A program made the position numbers and the translations under genes. The notes beneath the pieces are model-generated. The model had not been told where the DNA came from. It did no database searches and worked only from the letters and a program-made list of their open reading frames with translations. A stretch of DNA of 64,000 nt from positions 1 through 64,000 of IMG/VR virus record IMGVR_UViG_3300012798_000001; one strand, written 5' to 3'. The stretch is from a virus. Below, piece by piece: positions 18,847 to 27,165 of this stretch; position 1 is the stretch's first letter, and each line of letters opens with the position of its first letter.

Positions 18847-19572
18847 ATGATCTCAGCAGATCTGTTGCGCTCCCTGTGCCCGCAGGGGGCGGAGCCGGTT
18901 ATTGCCGGCCTGGCGCGATCGTTCGATCTGCTGCTGCCGGCCTTTACGCTCTCGACCCCGCTACGCCAGGCGCACTTCGTGGCCCAGGCCGCGGTCGAGA
19001 CGGCCTATTTCCGGACCCTCCGGGAGTATGGCACCGGCCAGCGATATGCCCCCTATATCGGCCGCGGGCCGGGGCAGCTCACGTGGGAGTCCAACTACGT
19101 TGATATGGGCCGCCGGCTGGGCTTGCCGCTCAAGGCCCAGCCCCAGCTCGTCGAGGACCCGGCGCTCGGGACCCTGGTCTTCCTGATGTACTGGATGGAC
19201 CACGGGCTCAACCGCTACGCCGACGAGGACGACGGCCGGGCCATCTCCCGCGCCATCAACCGCGGCTCGGCCGCGTCGGACAAGCCGGCCAATGCCGAGG
19301 CCGAGCGCCTGGACATGGTGGCCAAAGCGAAGGTGCTGCTGGGGGCCGTTGGAGCGCCTGCCACGAGTCCGGCGCGCTCAGTGAGCGCCCTGCAAGCTGC
19401 TCTTAATCGACTAGGAGCTGATCCGAAGCTCGACGTGGACGGGCGCGCTGGCCCTGCCACCGAAAGGGCGGTGCGCGCTTTTCAGAGCGCCTGCGGCTTG
19501 GCGGTGGACGGCACGGCCGGACCGCTGACCTGGACGGCCATCGACGACGCCCTGGCTGAACTCGACGCCTAG
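18847..19572 (+). CDS. endolysin: GH19-like muramidase/chitinase domain + PG_binding_1 domain
   Basis: 'AHFVAQAAVETAYFRTLREYG...YIGRGPGQLTWESNY' is a GH19-like core. The C-terminal 'LQAALNRLGADPKLDVDGRAGPATERAVRAFQSACGLAVDGTAGPLTW' is a peptidoglycan-binding repeat. Confidence 0.85.
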   Translation: MISADLLRSLCPQGAEPVIAGLARSFDLLLPAFTLSTPLRQAHFVAQAAVETAYFRTLREYGTGQRYAPYIGRGPGQLTWESNYVDMGRRLGLPLKAQPQLVEDPALGTLVFLMYWMDHGLNRYADEDDGRAISRAINRGSAASDKPANAEAERLDMVAKAKVLLGAVGAPATSPARSVSALQAALNRLGADPKLDVDGRAGPATERAVRAFQSACGLAVDGTAGPLTWTAIDDALAELDA

Positions 19573-19587
19573 CAGAGGAGCAGGCCG

Positions 19588-19773
19588 ATGCCCCCCATCG
19601 CGTTCATTGCCGACGTGATCGTCATCGCGGTCATCGTTGTGCTTTTGGTGTGGCTTATCAAGCAGATACCGATCGACCAATGGGTCAAGAGCGCACTCTA
19701 CATCGTGCTCGTGGTGCTGCTGCTGGTCTGGCTCCTGGCGTTCCTCCCGATCGCGCACACCACCATCCCGTGA
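19588..19773 (+). CDS. small two-TM membrane protein (holin candidate)
   Basis: 61 aa, with two hydrophobic helices. Lies immediately after the endolysin. Confidence 0.55.
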   Translation: MPPIAFIADVIVIAVIVVLLVWLIKQIPIDQWVKSALYIVLVVLLLVWLLAFLPIAHTTIP

Positions 19774-19782
19774 GGTGATTCG

Positions 19783-19971
19783 ATGGACTTCGGAAAGATC
19801 TCGAAGGCAATAGCTGGGGCCGTCGCAGCCGGCATAGGTGGAGCCGGAACGAGTGCGGTCATCATCCCCGATGGCGTGACGATGCCGTGGTACGGCTACG
19901 TGATCGTCGGGGTTCTCAATGCGGTGCTTGGTTTCGCGGTGGTTTATTTCGCGCCGCGGAACACCGCGTAA
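19783..19971 (+). CDS. small membrane protein (holin/antiholin candidate)
   Basis: 62 aa. Has a Gly/Ala-rich helix plus the TM 'YGYVIVGVLNAVLGFAVVYFA'. Confidence 0.5.
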   Translation: MDFGKISKAIAGAVAAGIGGAGTSAVIIPDGVTMPWYGYVIVGVLNAVLGFAVVYFAPRNTA

Positions 19972-19972
19972 A

Positions 19973-20221
19973 TCAGCGAGTCATCCTCAATGTGGGCGCT
20001 CTGCTCTGCCACCGTTTCAGATCGCGCTCGAAGGGTTTCAAGGCTTGTCTTCGTTGCGCCACAAGGGCTTGGAGCTTGTCCGCAACCGGGTCTGGCACTG
20101 TGGCCTGGACCTTCCACTTGTAAATCGTCCGACGATTAACTCCTAAAGCCCGAGCCATCGGAATGATCCATTGGTCACCAAAAAGGAGCGTCCCCACCTG
20201 TTCAAAGTAATCGATATCCAT
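19973..20221 (-). CDS. small HTH DNA-binding protein (Cro/YdaS-like)
   Basis: 'MDIDYFEQVGTLLFGDQWIIPMARALGVNRRTIYKWK'. Clear paralog of 30710..30943. Confidence 0.65.
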   Translation of the reverse strand: MDIDYFEQVGTLLFGDQWIIPMARALGVNRRTIYKWKVQATVPDPVADKLQALVAQRRQALKPFERDLKRWQSRAPTLRMTR

Positions 20222-20245
20222 ACGCTGCTCCGTTGAAGACGAAAT

Positions 20246-20277
20246 GCCCCGGCCCAGAAGGCCGGGGCCTTTTTTTG
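20246..20277 (+). terminator. rho-independent terminator of the late (+) transcript
   Basis: gccccggcc-cagaa-ggccggggc followed by c+T7. Confidence 0.75.
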
Positions 20278-20457
20278 TGCCCGCGAATGAGAGCCTTGGG
20301 CAGGTTTCCGGCCTCTCTATTTCGCGACTTGGAATCGTCATAGAGGGCACCATTGTGGGACCTGAGTGGCACACACTCGCGCCCCGGCACCTTAGCAAAG
20401 CTTGCCGCTTCGTTGTACTGCCTAAATGAGTGCGATCTCCCCCCTGGTGACTAGGAG

Positions 20458-20477
20458 GGGGCACATGGGCGTGCCCC
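20458..20477. promoter_or_regulatory. operator-like palindrome GGGGCAC-N6-GTGCCCC (copy 1)
   Basis: Perfect 7-bp arms. The same motif occurs at 37335 and 41390/41409. Confidence 0.6.
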
Positions 20478-20493
20478 TCGCGTTCTCATCGGT

Positions 20494-20522
20494 GTGCCCT
20501 GTTACGGAATGCCACAGGGCAC
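20494..20522. promoter_or_regulatory. inverted repeat GTGCCCTG-N13-CAGGGCAC
   Basis: Same half-site in everted arrangement, 17 bp from copy 1. Confidence 0.45.
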
Positions 20523-20545
20523 ACTCTTGACTTGAAAAACGACGA

Positions 20546-20573
20546 TTGTGGCAAATGCCTGTCATTTGATAAT
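20546..20573 (+). promoter_or_regulatory. candidate sigma70-type promoter TTGTGG-N16-GATAAT
   Basis: Lies in the AT-richer tract just downstream of the operators. It would give a ~500-nt leader before 21092. Confidence 0.35.
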
Positions 20574-21091
20574 GCGCATTACGACTCAGACCAGAGTCAA
20601 GGCGAATCCCCTGTAACTATTCCAAACTGGCCGTAATTTGGAGACGCCCTGAAGATACTTGCAGGTTTCCTAATGTCATGGGGAATCATGGCCGAGTCTT
20701 GACCCCGTCACTTCAGTCTAACGACATGAGCCGCTCGTCGGATTCACTTTAATCTTCCGGTTTCAGTGTTTACAGCCATTCACAGAGACTCTACCACCGG
20801 GGCTTGCAATGGCCGGCGACTCCGGATTAACTTCTCAGCAGGAGGAACCACGTGCAATTGATCCCTGATTTTCTTGAAACCGCTCGCTGCGGCGGCGGTA
20901 AGCGCACAATTGCTGGCGGAATCCGTGAAACCCGCTGGCCGCTCTGATCTGAAATCAACAGGAGAGGAAGGATGCAGAGAGCTGCAGGCGAAACTTTGAC
21001 TAAAATTGTTCCTAGTTCTACCGTGAAGCTCACGCACCGGCATTTGAGCCGGGTCGATTTCCGGCCCCTTGGACATCAGGAAGGCCAGAGG

Positions 21092-22723
21092 ATGTCTACA
21101 GCGGACGATAGCGGGGATGAAACCGCCATGTCGCTCGCGCTGAAGCGGGCGGCGGGTGCCAAGCTCAAGAAAAAGCTCGCGAAACGCGACAAGCGCAAGG
21201 CTGACAAGGAGGCTCGTCTCGATCGGCTGAAGGTCAAGGCCCCTGACCCACAGGACCAGCCTCCTGCGGCGATCCCCGCTCCGCAGACCGGTGCGGCGAT
21301 GCAGGTTTCTGCGCAGCATTTCTTGCAGGAGAAGGCGGCGCGCGAGAAGCGCATCCAGCAGCTCGCCTCGATCGCTTTGGGCCGCACGAAGGCGCCCGAG
21401 CCGGTGGTGATCGAGCGCCTGCCGCCGCCCCCGCCATCGGGGCCCGATGATCCCCGCATCCTGAACGGCACGCTCGCTCCGTCACCCAAGGTCGCGGAGA
21501 TCCTGAAGACCATGGTTTCGGAGGTCGCGGTCGAGGCGGCCAAGCCGAAGCGGGACGAGCGCACTGGTCCACCGGAGGCATGGCTGGAGATTCTCCGGAC
21601 AGGCACGCCCTCGCAGATCCTCGCCACGCGCCCGTTCAAGAATCTCAAGGGCGACGATCGCGAAGCCTTCGACCGGGCCAGGAAGCGCGAGTTGGATGCC
21701 ATCCTCGCCGGGCGCCGGTTCGCAGATCTCTCCCCGGAGGAGAAGCGGGACTTGTACGTCACCAAGACGCGGCACATGAAGCTGATGACCGATCTGACCG
21801 CTCCTCGGAAGCGGCGGAAGGGCGCAGCGCGGTCCGTGGCCGGCAAAGCCATCGATCGGCTGCGTCACAAGGCCGGCCTCACCCTGGTGCAGACCGCGTC
21901 GGGAGCCGGGCTTACGGGGAATCAGTTGCGAGACATCGTGTCCGGCAGGAGGCCGGCCACCTTGGACGAGGCGGCCCTGCTCGCTCGCTTCTTCCACGCC
22001 AAACCGGAGATCTTCATCGTGTCCACGCCCGCACCCATCCCTGCGGCCAAGGCGCCGGCCCCCACGCTCAATGGCGTCACCCCGCCCAAGACGAATCCCA
22101 AGCGGCCCGGCTACAACCCGGAGGTCGCCCTCCGCCAGTTGACGGAGACGACCGAGCCGCGGGACACCGACACCTTCTTCCAGGCCAGCCTGCGTCGCAT
22201 CATGCGGAGCCGCGGGCTCATGGGGCTGCACGTGGCGAGGCTCTGTGGCCTGACACTCGATCTGCCGAGCCGGCTGCTGCGGGATGGCAGCATCCCCAGG
22301 CCGGAGACCCGCGAGAAGCTCCTTGCCGGGCTCGGAGTGACCGAGGAGGAGTTGTTCGGCCCGGCCACCGACACGCCCGAGCCGAAGGCCCTCCAGGCCG
22401 CGCCCGAGGCCCGTCTGGCGGCGCCGGCGCCGGAGGCGGTGCCCGAGGCCGACCCCGACCGCAGCGCCGCCCTGGTGGCCCCCACGGTGCCGGTCGAGAT
22501 GGGCGTCCCGATGCCGGTGATCGTGCTCCGGTCGGACCGCTACCCCTGGGACATGCCCAAGGGCGGCAGCTTCAAGGCCGAGGTGCCGTTCGGGATGCCT
22601 TGGGCGACCTTCCGCAGCCGGTTCCTGAAGATGATCGACCGCCAGAGCGAGTCGCTCGGCCACTGGTACACGTTCGAGGAGAACGAGGCCGAGGGCCTGA
22701 TCCGGGTCTGGAGGTACATCTGA
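21092..22723 (+). CDS. large regulator-like protein with two XRE-type HTH segments
   Basis: AGAGG SD. HTH segments are 'LRHKAGLTLVQTASGAGLTGNQLRDIVSGRR' and 'MRSRGLMGLHVARLCGLTLDLPSRLLRDG'. It also has long Pro/Ala/Lys-rich linkers and a compact C-terminal domain. Confidence 0.6.
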   Translation: MSTADDSGDETAMSLALKRAAGAKLKKKLAKRDKRKADKEARLDRLKVKAPDPQDQPPAAIPAPQTGAAMQVSAQHFLQEKAAREKRIQQLASIALGRTKAPEPVVIERLPPPPPSGPDDPRILNGTLAPSPKVAEILKTMVSEVAVEAAKPKRDERTGPPEAWLEILRTGTPSQILATRPFKNLKGDDREAFDRARKRELDAILAGRRFADLSPEEKRDLYVTKTRHMKLMTDLTAPRKRRKGAARSVAGKAIDRLRHKAGLTLVQTASGAGLTGNQLRDIVSGRRPATLDEAALLARFFHAKPEIFIVSTPAPIPAAKAPAPTLNGVTPPKTNPKRPGYNPEVALRQLTETTEPRDTDTFFQASLRRIMRSRGLMGLHVARLCGLTLDLPSRLLRDGSIPRPETREKLLAGLGVTEEELFGPATDTPEPKALQAAPEARLAAPAPEAVPEADPDRSAALVAPTVPVEMGVPMPVIVLRSDRYPWDMPKGGSFKAEVPFGMPWATFRSRFLKMIDRQSESLGHWYTFEENEAEGLIRVWRYI

Positions 22724-23073
22724 TGCCCATGGTCGAGGCCGAGGGCAAGTGCCCGCAGTGCGGCGCTGGGATGATGTTCCGCTTCTCCCCGACCGACGAT
22801 GCCCCACCGGAGGCGGTGACGGCTCTCCAACGGGGGATGGCGACCTATGCCTTCGCCGAGGAGCGGCGCCGGCATGCGGCCGAAAGCCTTCGTCGGCTCC
22901 GGACGGTCTTCTATCTCGTGTCCGCCGGGATGGTTGTCAGTTGCGCTCTCTACATCACCGGCACCGAGATGGTCTCGAAGTGGAGCGCGGTTGCGGCCAG
23001 CGCCACCAGCGCCCTCGCGTACCTCACCACGGCTTGGTGGGTCTGCGATCTCAAAGAGCGGGCGACCGAGTGA
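22723..23073 (+). CDS. Zn-ribbon + TM protein
   Basis: TGATG coupling. 'CPQCGAG' plus two hydrophobic helices. Confidence 0.55.
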   Translation: MPMVEAEGKCPQCGAGMMFRFSPTDDAPPEAVTALQRGMATYAFAEERRRHAAESLRRLRTVFYLVSAGMVVSCALYITGTEMVSKWSAVAASATSALAYLTTAWWVCDLKERATE

Positions 23074-23579
23074 TGACTGAGAACAGCCGCATCCCGCCCG
23101 GTCTCCTGCACATGATCATCGCCGATCTGCCGAACCACTGTGCCGCCATCTGCCGGGACGTGCTCCTCGAAAGCGGGGAGATGACCTTCTGCATCGGCAT
23201 CGTGGCCACCGAGACCGAGGTGCAGACGCTCCTGTTGCCGGTGCCAAATCATGAGACCGAGGCGGCCATCGCGCGCGGGCTCCGGCGCCACTTGAAGGAG
23301 CATGGCGCGGTCGCCTACGGCGTCTGCGTCGAGGGGTGGATTCGCTTCACCAGCGATGCCGGCCTCGCCGAGGCGCCCCCCAGCGAGCACCCGGACGGGG
23401 TCGAGGCGGTGCTGATCATGGGCTCCACGGTGGATCGCCCGTTCCACTGCTTCTTCCGGATCGCCCGTGACGCGGATGGGAAGATCACGGGTCTCGGCGA
23501 GGATCTGGTGGCCGGGCGCGCGCCGCCGACGACCGGCATCTTCATGGGGCTGCTTGAGCCCGAGCCACTGGTGCATTGA
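23073..23579 (+). CDS. hypothetical protein (paralog of next)
   Basis: TGATG coupling. 'EAVLIMGSTVDRPFHCFFRIARDADGKITGLG'. Confidence 0.55.
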   Translation: MTENSRIPPGLLHMIIADLPNHCAAICRDVLLESGEMTFCIGIVATETEVQTLLLPVPNHETEAAIARGLRRHLKEHGAVAYGVCVEGWIRFTSDAGLAEAPPSEHPDGVEAVLIMGSTVDRPFHCFFRIARDADGKITGLGEDLVAGRAPPTTGIFMGLLEPEPLVH

Positions 23580-23592
23580 GGGAGGGCGGGCC

Positions 23593-24096
23593 ATGGCGAT
23601 GAGGCAGCTCACGAAACAGCAGCGACGCGAGATGGAGGCCGACCTGCCCAAGGCCGCGCGCGATATGGCGCACGGGATCATGCGCACGTTGGGAGAGCTG
23701 CCCTCGGGCGCGCTCCTCGCCTTGACGCCCGGTGGCGCTCTCATTGAGAGCGTCCCGCTGCCACAGGATTTCCGCCTCCGGACAGCGGTTGCCGAGGCAT
23801 GCCGGAGCACGCTGCTGGCCGAGAAGGCCACGGCCTATGCCATCAGCCTCGAAATGTGGCTGCGGCGTGTGGCGAAAGAGGATCTGAACAAGCCGGCTGG
23901 CAACTTTGGCGCCATGCCGGACAGCACCGAGTGCGTCCTGATCTGCGGCCAGACCCCGGCCGGAAGCTTTGCCATCCGTCACGACATCGTCCGGTCGGCG
24001 GACGGCAAGTTCCACCGCCTCCAGCCGAGCGGCGAGCAGATGGATGGCTTCACCGGCATCTGGACCGATCTGCTCTACCGCCAGCAGGCGAGTTGA
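23593..24096 (+). CDS. hypothetical protein (paralog of previous)
   Basis: GGAGGG SD. 'ECVLICGQTPAGSFAIRHDIVRSADGKFHRLQ'. Confidence 0.55.
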   Translation: MAMRQLTKQQRREMEADLPKAARDMAHGIMRTLGELPSGALLALTPGGALIESVPLPQDFRLRTAVAEACRSTLLAEKATAYAISLEMWLRRVAKEDLNKPAGNFGAMPDSTECVLICGQTPAGSFAIRHDIVRSADGKFHRLQPSGEQMDGFTGIWTDLLYRQQAS

Positions 24097-24118
24097 ACGA
24101 ACAACGGGAGAAGGGGCT

Positions 24119-24433
24119 ATGGGGACGAGGAACCGGGACGGGACCATCGAGATCTCGCCCGACGATGCGGCGGCGTTTTACGGCGAGGCCAATGAGGCGC
24201 TCATGGCGGACATCTCCGCCGCTGCCAAGCAGCACGGGCTGCACGCGATTGCGGTGTGCGCGTTCACCCGCGATGCCGGGGTCCTGACCTTCTCTACCGG
24301 CACCGAGGGGGACTGGCGGGAGATGGCCCGCGCCCTGGCGCTGAAGATGGGCGTCGATCTGAGCGAGATGCTTGGCGGCGAGCCCAAGACCAGTCGCGGC
24401 AAGGTGCGCCGGGCTCCTGGGAGCCGGCAGTGA
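24119..24433 (+). CDS. hypothetical protein
   Basis: ORF with a GAGAAGGGG SD. Confidence 0.5.
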   Translation: MGTRNRDGTIEISPDDAAAFYGEANEALMADISAAAKQHGLHAIAVCAFTRDAGVLTFSTGTEGDWREMARALALKMGVDLSEMLGGEPKTSRGKVRRAPGSRQ

Positions 24434-24447
24434 CCAAGTCGGGCCCG

Positions 24448-24759
24448 ATGACGGCTGCGGAGGCGGCGGCGCTGCACGAGAATGCGCGCAAGGCGGACAT
24501 GCTCGCGATCTGGACGGTGACCACCGGCACGGCCGATTTCGGCTCGCGCTTCGTGGCGCGCCCGCACTTCGCTGGCGGCAAGCGCTCCATGCGCGGGCCC
24601 CGACCGGCCCACGGCCCGGTCCAGCCGCAGACCTTCATCAGCACGCGCTATCTGATCGCCGACACGCTTGAGGATCTCCGCAGGCTTCTGCCGCCGGGCC
24701 TCGTCTGCCTGGGCCGGCTCGATGAGGACCACCGCACCATCGTGGAGTCGTGGGTCTAG
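24448..24759 (+). CDS. conserved phage hypothetical protein
   Basis: 'MTAAEAAALHENARKADMLAIWTV...FVARPHF...LIADTLEDLRRLLPPGL'. An alternative GTG start at 24430 overlaps the upstream stop. Confidence 0.55.
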   Translation: MTAAEAAALHENARKADMLAIWTVTTGTADFGSRFVARPHFAGGKRSMRGPRPAHGPVQPQTFISTRYLIADTLEDLRRLLPPGLVCLGRLDEDHRTIVESWV

Positions 24760-24769
24760 GAGGGGGACG

Positions 24770-24967
24770 ATGGAAACGCAGATCCACGTGCTCATGGAGG
24801 TCGACGGCAACGCCGAGACGCGGGTGGTGTCGAGCCTGTTCGATGCCGGCGCCTGGGCCGCCTCCTTCATCCGGCACCTCGACCTGGAGGCGCATGTCGA
24901 TTCCGACATCCGCATCGAGGTGCAGATCGTAAAGCGCAAGCCCGAGCCGGGCTGGCCGGAGTTCTGA
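24770..24967 (+). CDS. hypothetical protein
   Basis: AGGAGGGGGA SD. 65 aa. Confidence 0.5.
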   Translation: METQIHVLMEVDGNAETRVVSSLFDAGAWAASFIRHLDLEAHVDSDIRIEVQIVKRKPEPGWPEF

Positions 24968-24969
24968 CC

Positions 24970-25449
24970 GTGGCCAACGAGATCCTGCGCGGCGTCGAGA
25001 AGACGGTCCGGACCAAGTACGATAAGTCGTCCTGGGGCGCCGGCCCCTGGCAGAGCGAGCCGGACGAGTATCGCTGGAGCGACAGCGTCACCGGCATCCG
25101 CTGCCTGCTGTATCGCACCGCGCCGGAGGCCGGCGGCGTCTGGTCTGGCCATTGCGGCTTGCCGGGGAACCATCCGTGGGAACGGCTGGACAAGGACAAG
25201 ATCCCGGTCGGGGTCCATGGCGGCATCACCCACAAGGGCATCGTCCAGGGAGATGGCGGCGGCATGACCTGGATCGGGTTCGATTGCGCCGGCCCCGGCG
25301 ATCTGCAACCGGGGCTGGTGGGGGTGGCGCGCAGCCCGCGGCTCATCTACCGGGACCAGCGGTTCGCGACGACACATGTGCTCCGCCTCGCCGTGGAGAT
25401 CGTACTCGCGACCGGGCCGGGCGCTTGGTGGGAGGATCGTCGTGGCTGA
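24970..25449 (+). CDS. conserved phage hypothetical protein
   Basis: GTG start. 'WGAGPWQSEPDEYRW...GHCGLPGNHPW...GGITHKG'. Confidence 0.55.
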   Translation: MANEILRGVEKTVRTKYDKSSWGAGPWQSEPDEYRWSDSVTGIRCLLYRTAPEAGGVWSGHCGLPGNHPWERLDKDKIPVGVHGGITHKGIVQGDGGGMTWIGFDCAGPGDLQPGLVGVARSPRLIYRDQRFATTHVLRLAVEIVLATGPGAWWEDRRG

Positions 25450-25669
25450 CTTCTGCAATCAATGCGCGGGCGATCTTGGCTTTCCCGGTGGTGACCTAGC
25501 CGGTCTGACCACTGGCGCCGAGTGGGCCGCTGGACGGGCCGCCTACGCCCTGTGCGAGGGCTGCGGGGCCATCCAGGTCGACCCGCTCGGCAACTGCGTC
25601 ACGGATTACTGCCTGCGGCTGCATGGCGTTACCAAAGGGGGGCAAAGCGCAAACGATGCCGACATCTGA
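25442..25669 (+). CDS. Cys-rich small protein
   Basis: GTG start overlapping the upstream end. 'FCNQCAG...LCEGCG...CVTDYC'. Confidence 0.45.
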   Translation: MADFCNQCAGDLGFPGGDLAGLTTGAEWAAGRAAYALCEGCGAIQVDPLGNCVTDYCLRLHGVTKGGQSANDADI

Positions 25670-25691
25670 TAACACCGGTCATAGGAATCCT

Positions 25692-25910
25692 ATGACCTCG
25701 GCCGGGAGCCTGCCCCACCAGGACCGGGCGTGGTTCGACGCGCAGGCGGTGCTGGCGTTCCTGGAGACGTGCCCCCATGGCGGCGCCGCGCCGCAGCAGG
25801 GGTGGCTGTCGCTGGTCAAGGAGGCGTGCCACCGCATCTCCTTCCTGGAGGGCAGCGTCGCCGGCCTGGAGGCCATGGTGGCCAAGCTTGAGCGGAAGCG
25901 GCCGGAATGA
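25692..25910 (+). CDS. hypothetical protein (paralog of 34923..35141)
   Basis: 'QDRAWFDAQAVLAFLETCPHGGAAPQQGWLSLVKEACHRISFLE' aligns with 'QDRNTFDAALVLDFVRTSGNAPQQGWYSLVEEACHRLIWME'. Confidence 0.6.
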   Translation: MTSAGSLPHQDRAWFDAQAVLAFLETCPHGGAAPQQGWLSLVKEACHRISFLEGSVAGLEAMVAKLERKRPE

Positions 25911-26293
25911 GCCCGCACGCGGACAGGGGGGACCAGGAGGAGGCGGACCGCATCCGCCGGCTGCTGCTGCGCATCGACCGCATCGTCGACAGCGCCCTCG
26001 ACCCCACGGCTGACCAGTTGGCGCGGTTGGCGACGCTGCTGGAGGCCGAGTGCGTGATCGAGAACCTGGGCATGCGGCTGGGCCTCGTCCCGACCCCGAG
26101 GACCCGGCGTGCCGGGGATCTCAAGCCGGCCTGGCCGGATCGGAAGACCGGAACGATGGACCGGGTGGCCCTCGGCCTGGCCGATCTCTTGGACGCCTTC
26201 ATCGCCGATGGCGTGATGCCGGATGCCCTGGCCCTGGCGCTCCAGTTCGAGGCCGATCGGATGATGGAGATCGATGCCGCGGGGGCGACATGA
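25907..26293 (+). CDS. hypothetical protein
   Basis: ATGA coupling. The C-terminus 'FIADGVMPDALALALQFEADRM' resembles the C-terminus of 29805..30236. Confidence 0.55.
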   Translation: MSPHADRGDQEEADRIRRLLLRIDRIVDSALDPTADQLARLATLLEAECVIENLGMRLGLVPTPRTRRAGDLKPAWPDRKTGTMDRVALGLADLLDAFIADGVMPDALALALQFEADRMMEIDAAGAT

Positions 26294-26523
26294 GCAAGCC
26301 GATGACGTGCCCCTGTGGCGAGGCCACCATGGTCGAGACCCTGGAGCGACAGGTCTTCGATCTCCGTGTCGGGCCTCGGCCGACTGATCTCGTCTCGCTG
26401 GTGGCCGAGAACATCCCGGTCATGACGTGCCCGAAGTGCGGTGATCAGCTCATGGACTGGCGTGGCGAGAAGATCCAACAGGCCGCGGTCGCCGCCTATC
26501 GCAAGGCCGCGCGGGGAGAATGA
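26290..26523 (+). CDS. YgiT/MqsA-N-type zinc-ribbon protein
   Basis: 'CPCGEATMV...VMTCPKCGDQLM'. ATGA coupling on both sides. Confidence 0.55.
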   Translation: MSKPMTCPCGEATMVETLERQVFDLRVGPRPTDLVSLVAENIPVMTCPKCGDQLMDWRGEKIQQAAVAAYRKAARGE

Positions 26524-26735
26524 TCATGACCGATCTGCCACACATCTCCGCGATCTCGATATCCAGCCCGACGTCGCTCGATGTCACGTGGTCCGATGGC
26601 CACACCTCGACGATCGAACTGGACGGGGCACTCAATCTCGCCGGCTTCACCCTGCTCCCGACTCACGTCGTTCGGAGCGACGGCGATCTCGACATCGCTG
26701 ATCTCCAGCAGCCGAAGACGGACCAGAAGCCATGA
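26520..26735 (+). CDS. DUF2442-like small protein
   Basis: 'ISAISISSPTSLDVTWSDGHTSTIEL' matches the DUF2442 N-terminal pattern as I recall it. Confidence 0.5.
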   Translation: MIMTDLPHISAISISSPTSLDVTWSDGHTSTIELDGALNLAGFTLLPTHVVRSDGDLDIADLQQPKTDQKP

Positions 26736-26920
26736 GCCCGTACATCGAAGATCTGCTGCGCCGGATGGACGACTACGTTAAGGCCGAGCAGAAGCGGCTC
26801 GGCCCCGGCGCGACCTATCACCCCTATCATCCCGTGACCATCATGGCGGAGGCGAAGATCGCGCTCCGGGCGGCCGAATTGCTGGCGCAGCGTCACGGGC
26901 TCGGAGAGCACATTCAATGA
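26732..26920 (+). CDS. hypothetical protein
   Basis: ATGA coupling. 62 aa. Confidence 0.5.
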   Translation: MSPYIEDLLRRMDDYVKAEQKRLGPGATYHPYHPVTIMAEAKIALRAAELLAQRHGLGEHIQ

Positions 26921-27165
26921 AGCCTCGACCTTCCGCCGCCGACTTCCCCAGCCTGGAGGCCATCACCGAGATCCTCGCTCTCATGGAGCAGGCCGGCTGG
27001 CAGCAGAAGGGCTTTGCCATGACCAGGGCGGACCACATCGCCATCGTCGGGCTCGACGGCCGGATCAACGTGGACGGGCCGAAGCACGATGCCAACGTCC
27101 CCAGGACCCTCGACGAGATCCTCGACCCGCTGCCGGGCGATGGGACGCGGAAGCACGATGCCTGA
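26917..27165 (+). CDS. hypothetical protein
   Basis: ATGA coupling. 82 aa. Confidence 0.5.
   Translation: MKPRPSAADFPSLEAITEILALMEQAGWQQKGFAMTRADHIAIVGLDGRINVDGPKHDANVPRTLDEILDPLPGDGTRKHDA

Noticed and set aside
20780-21319. 179-aa minus-strand ORF and other ORFs in the 20.5-21.1 kb leader.
   Set aside because: It crosses the AT-richer non-coding tract and overlaps the start of the 21092 gene. The product is Arg-rich with no SD.
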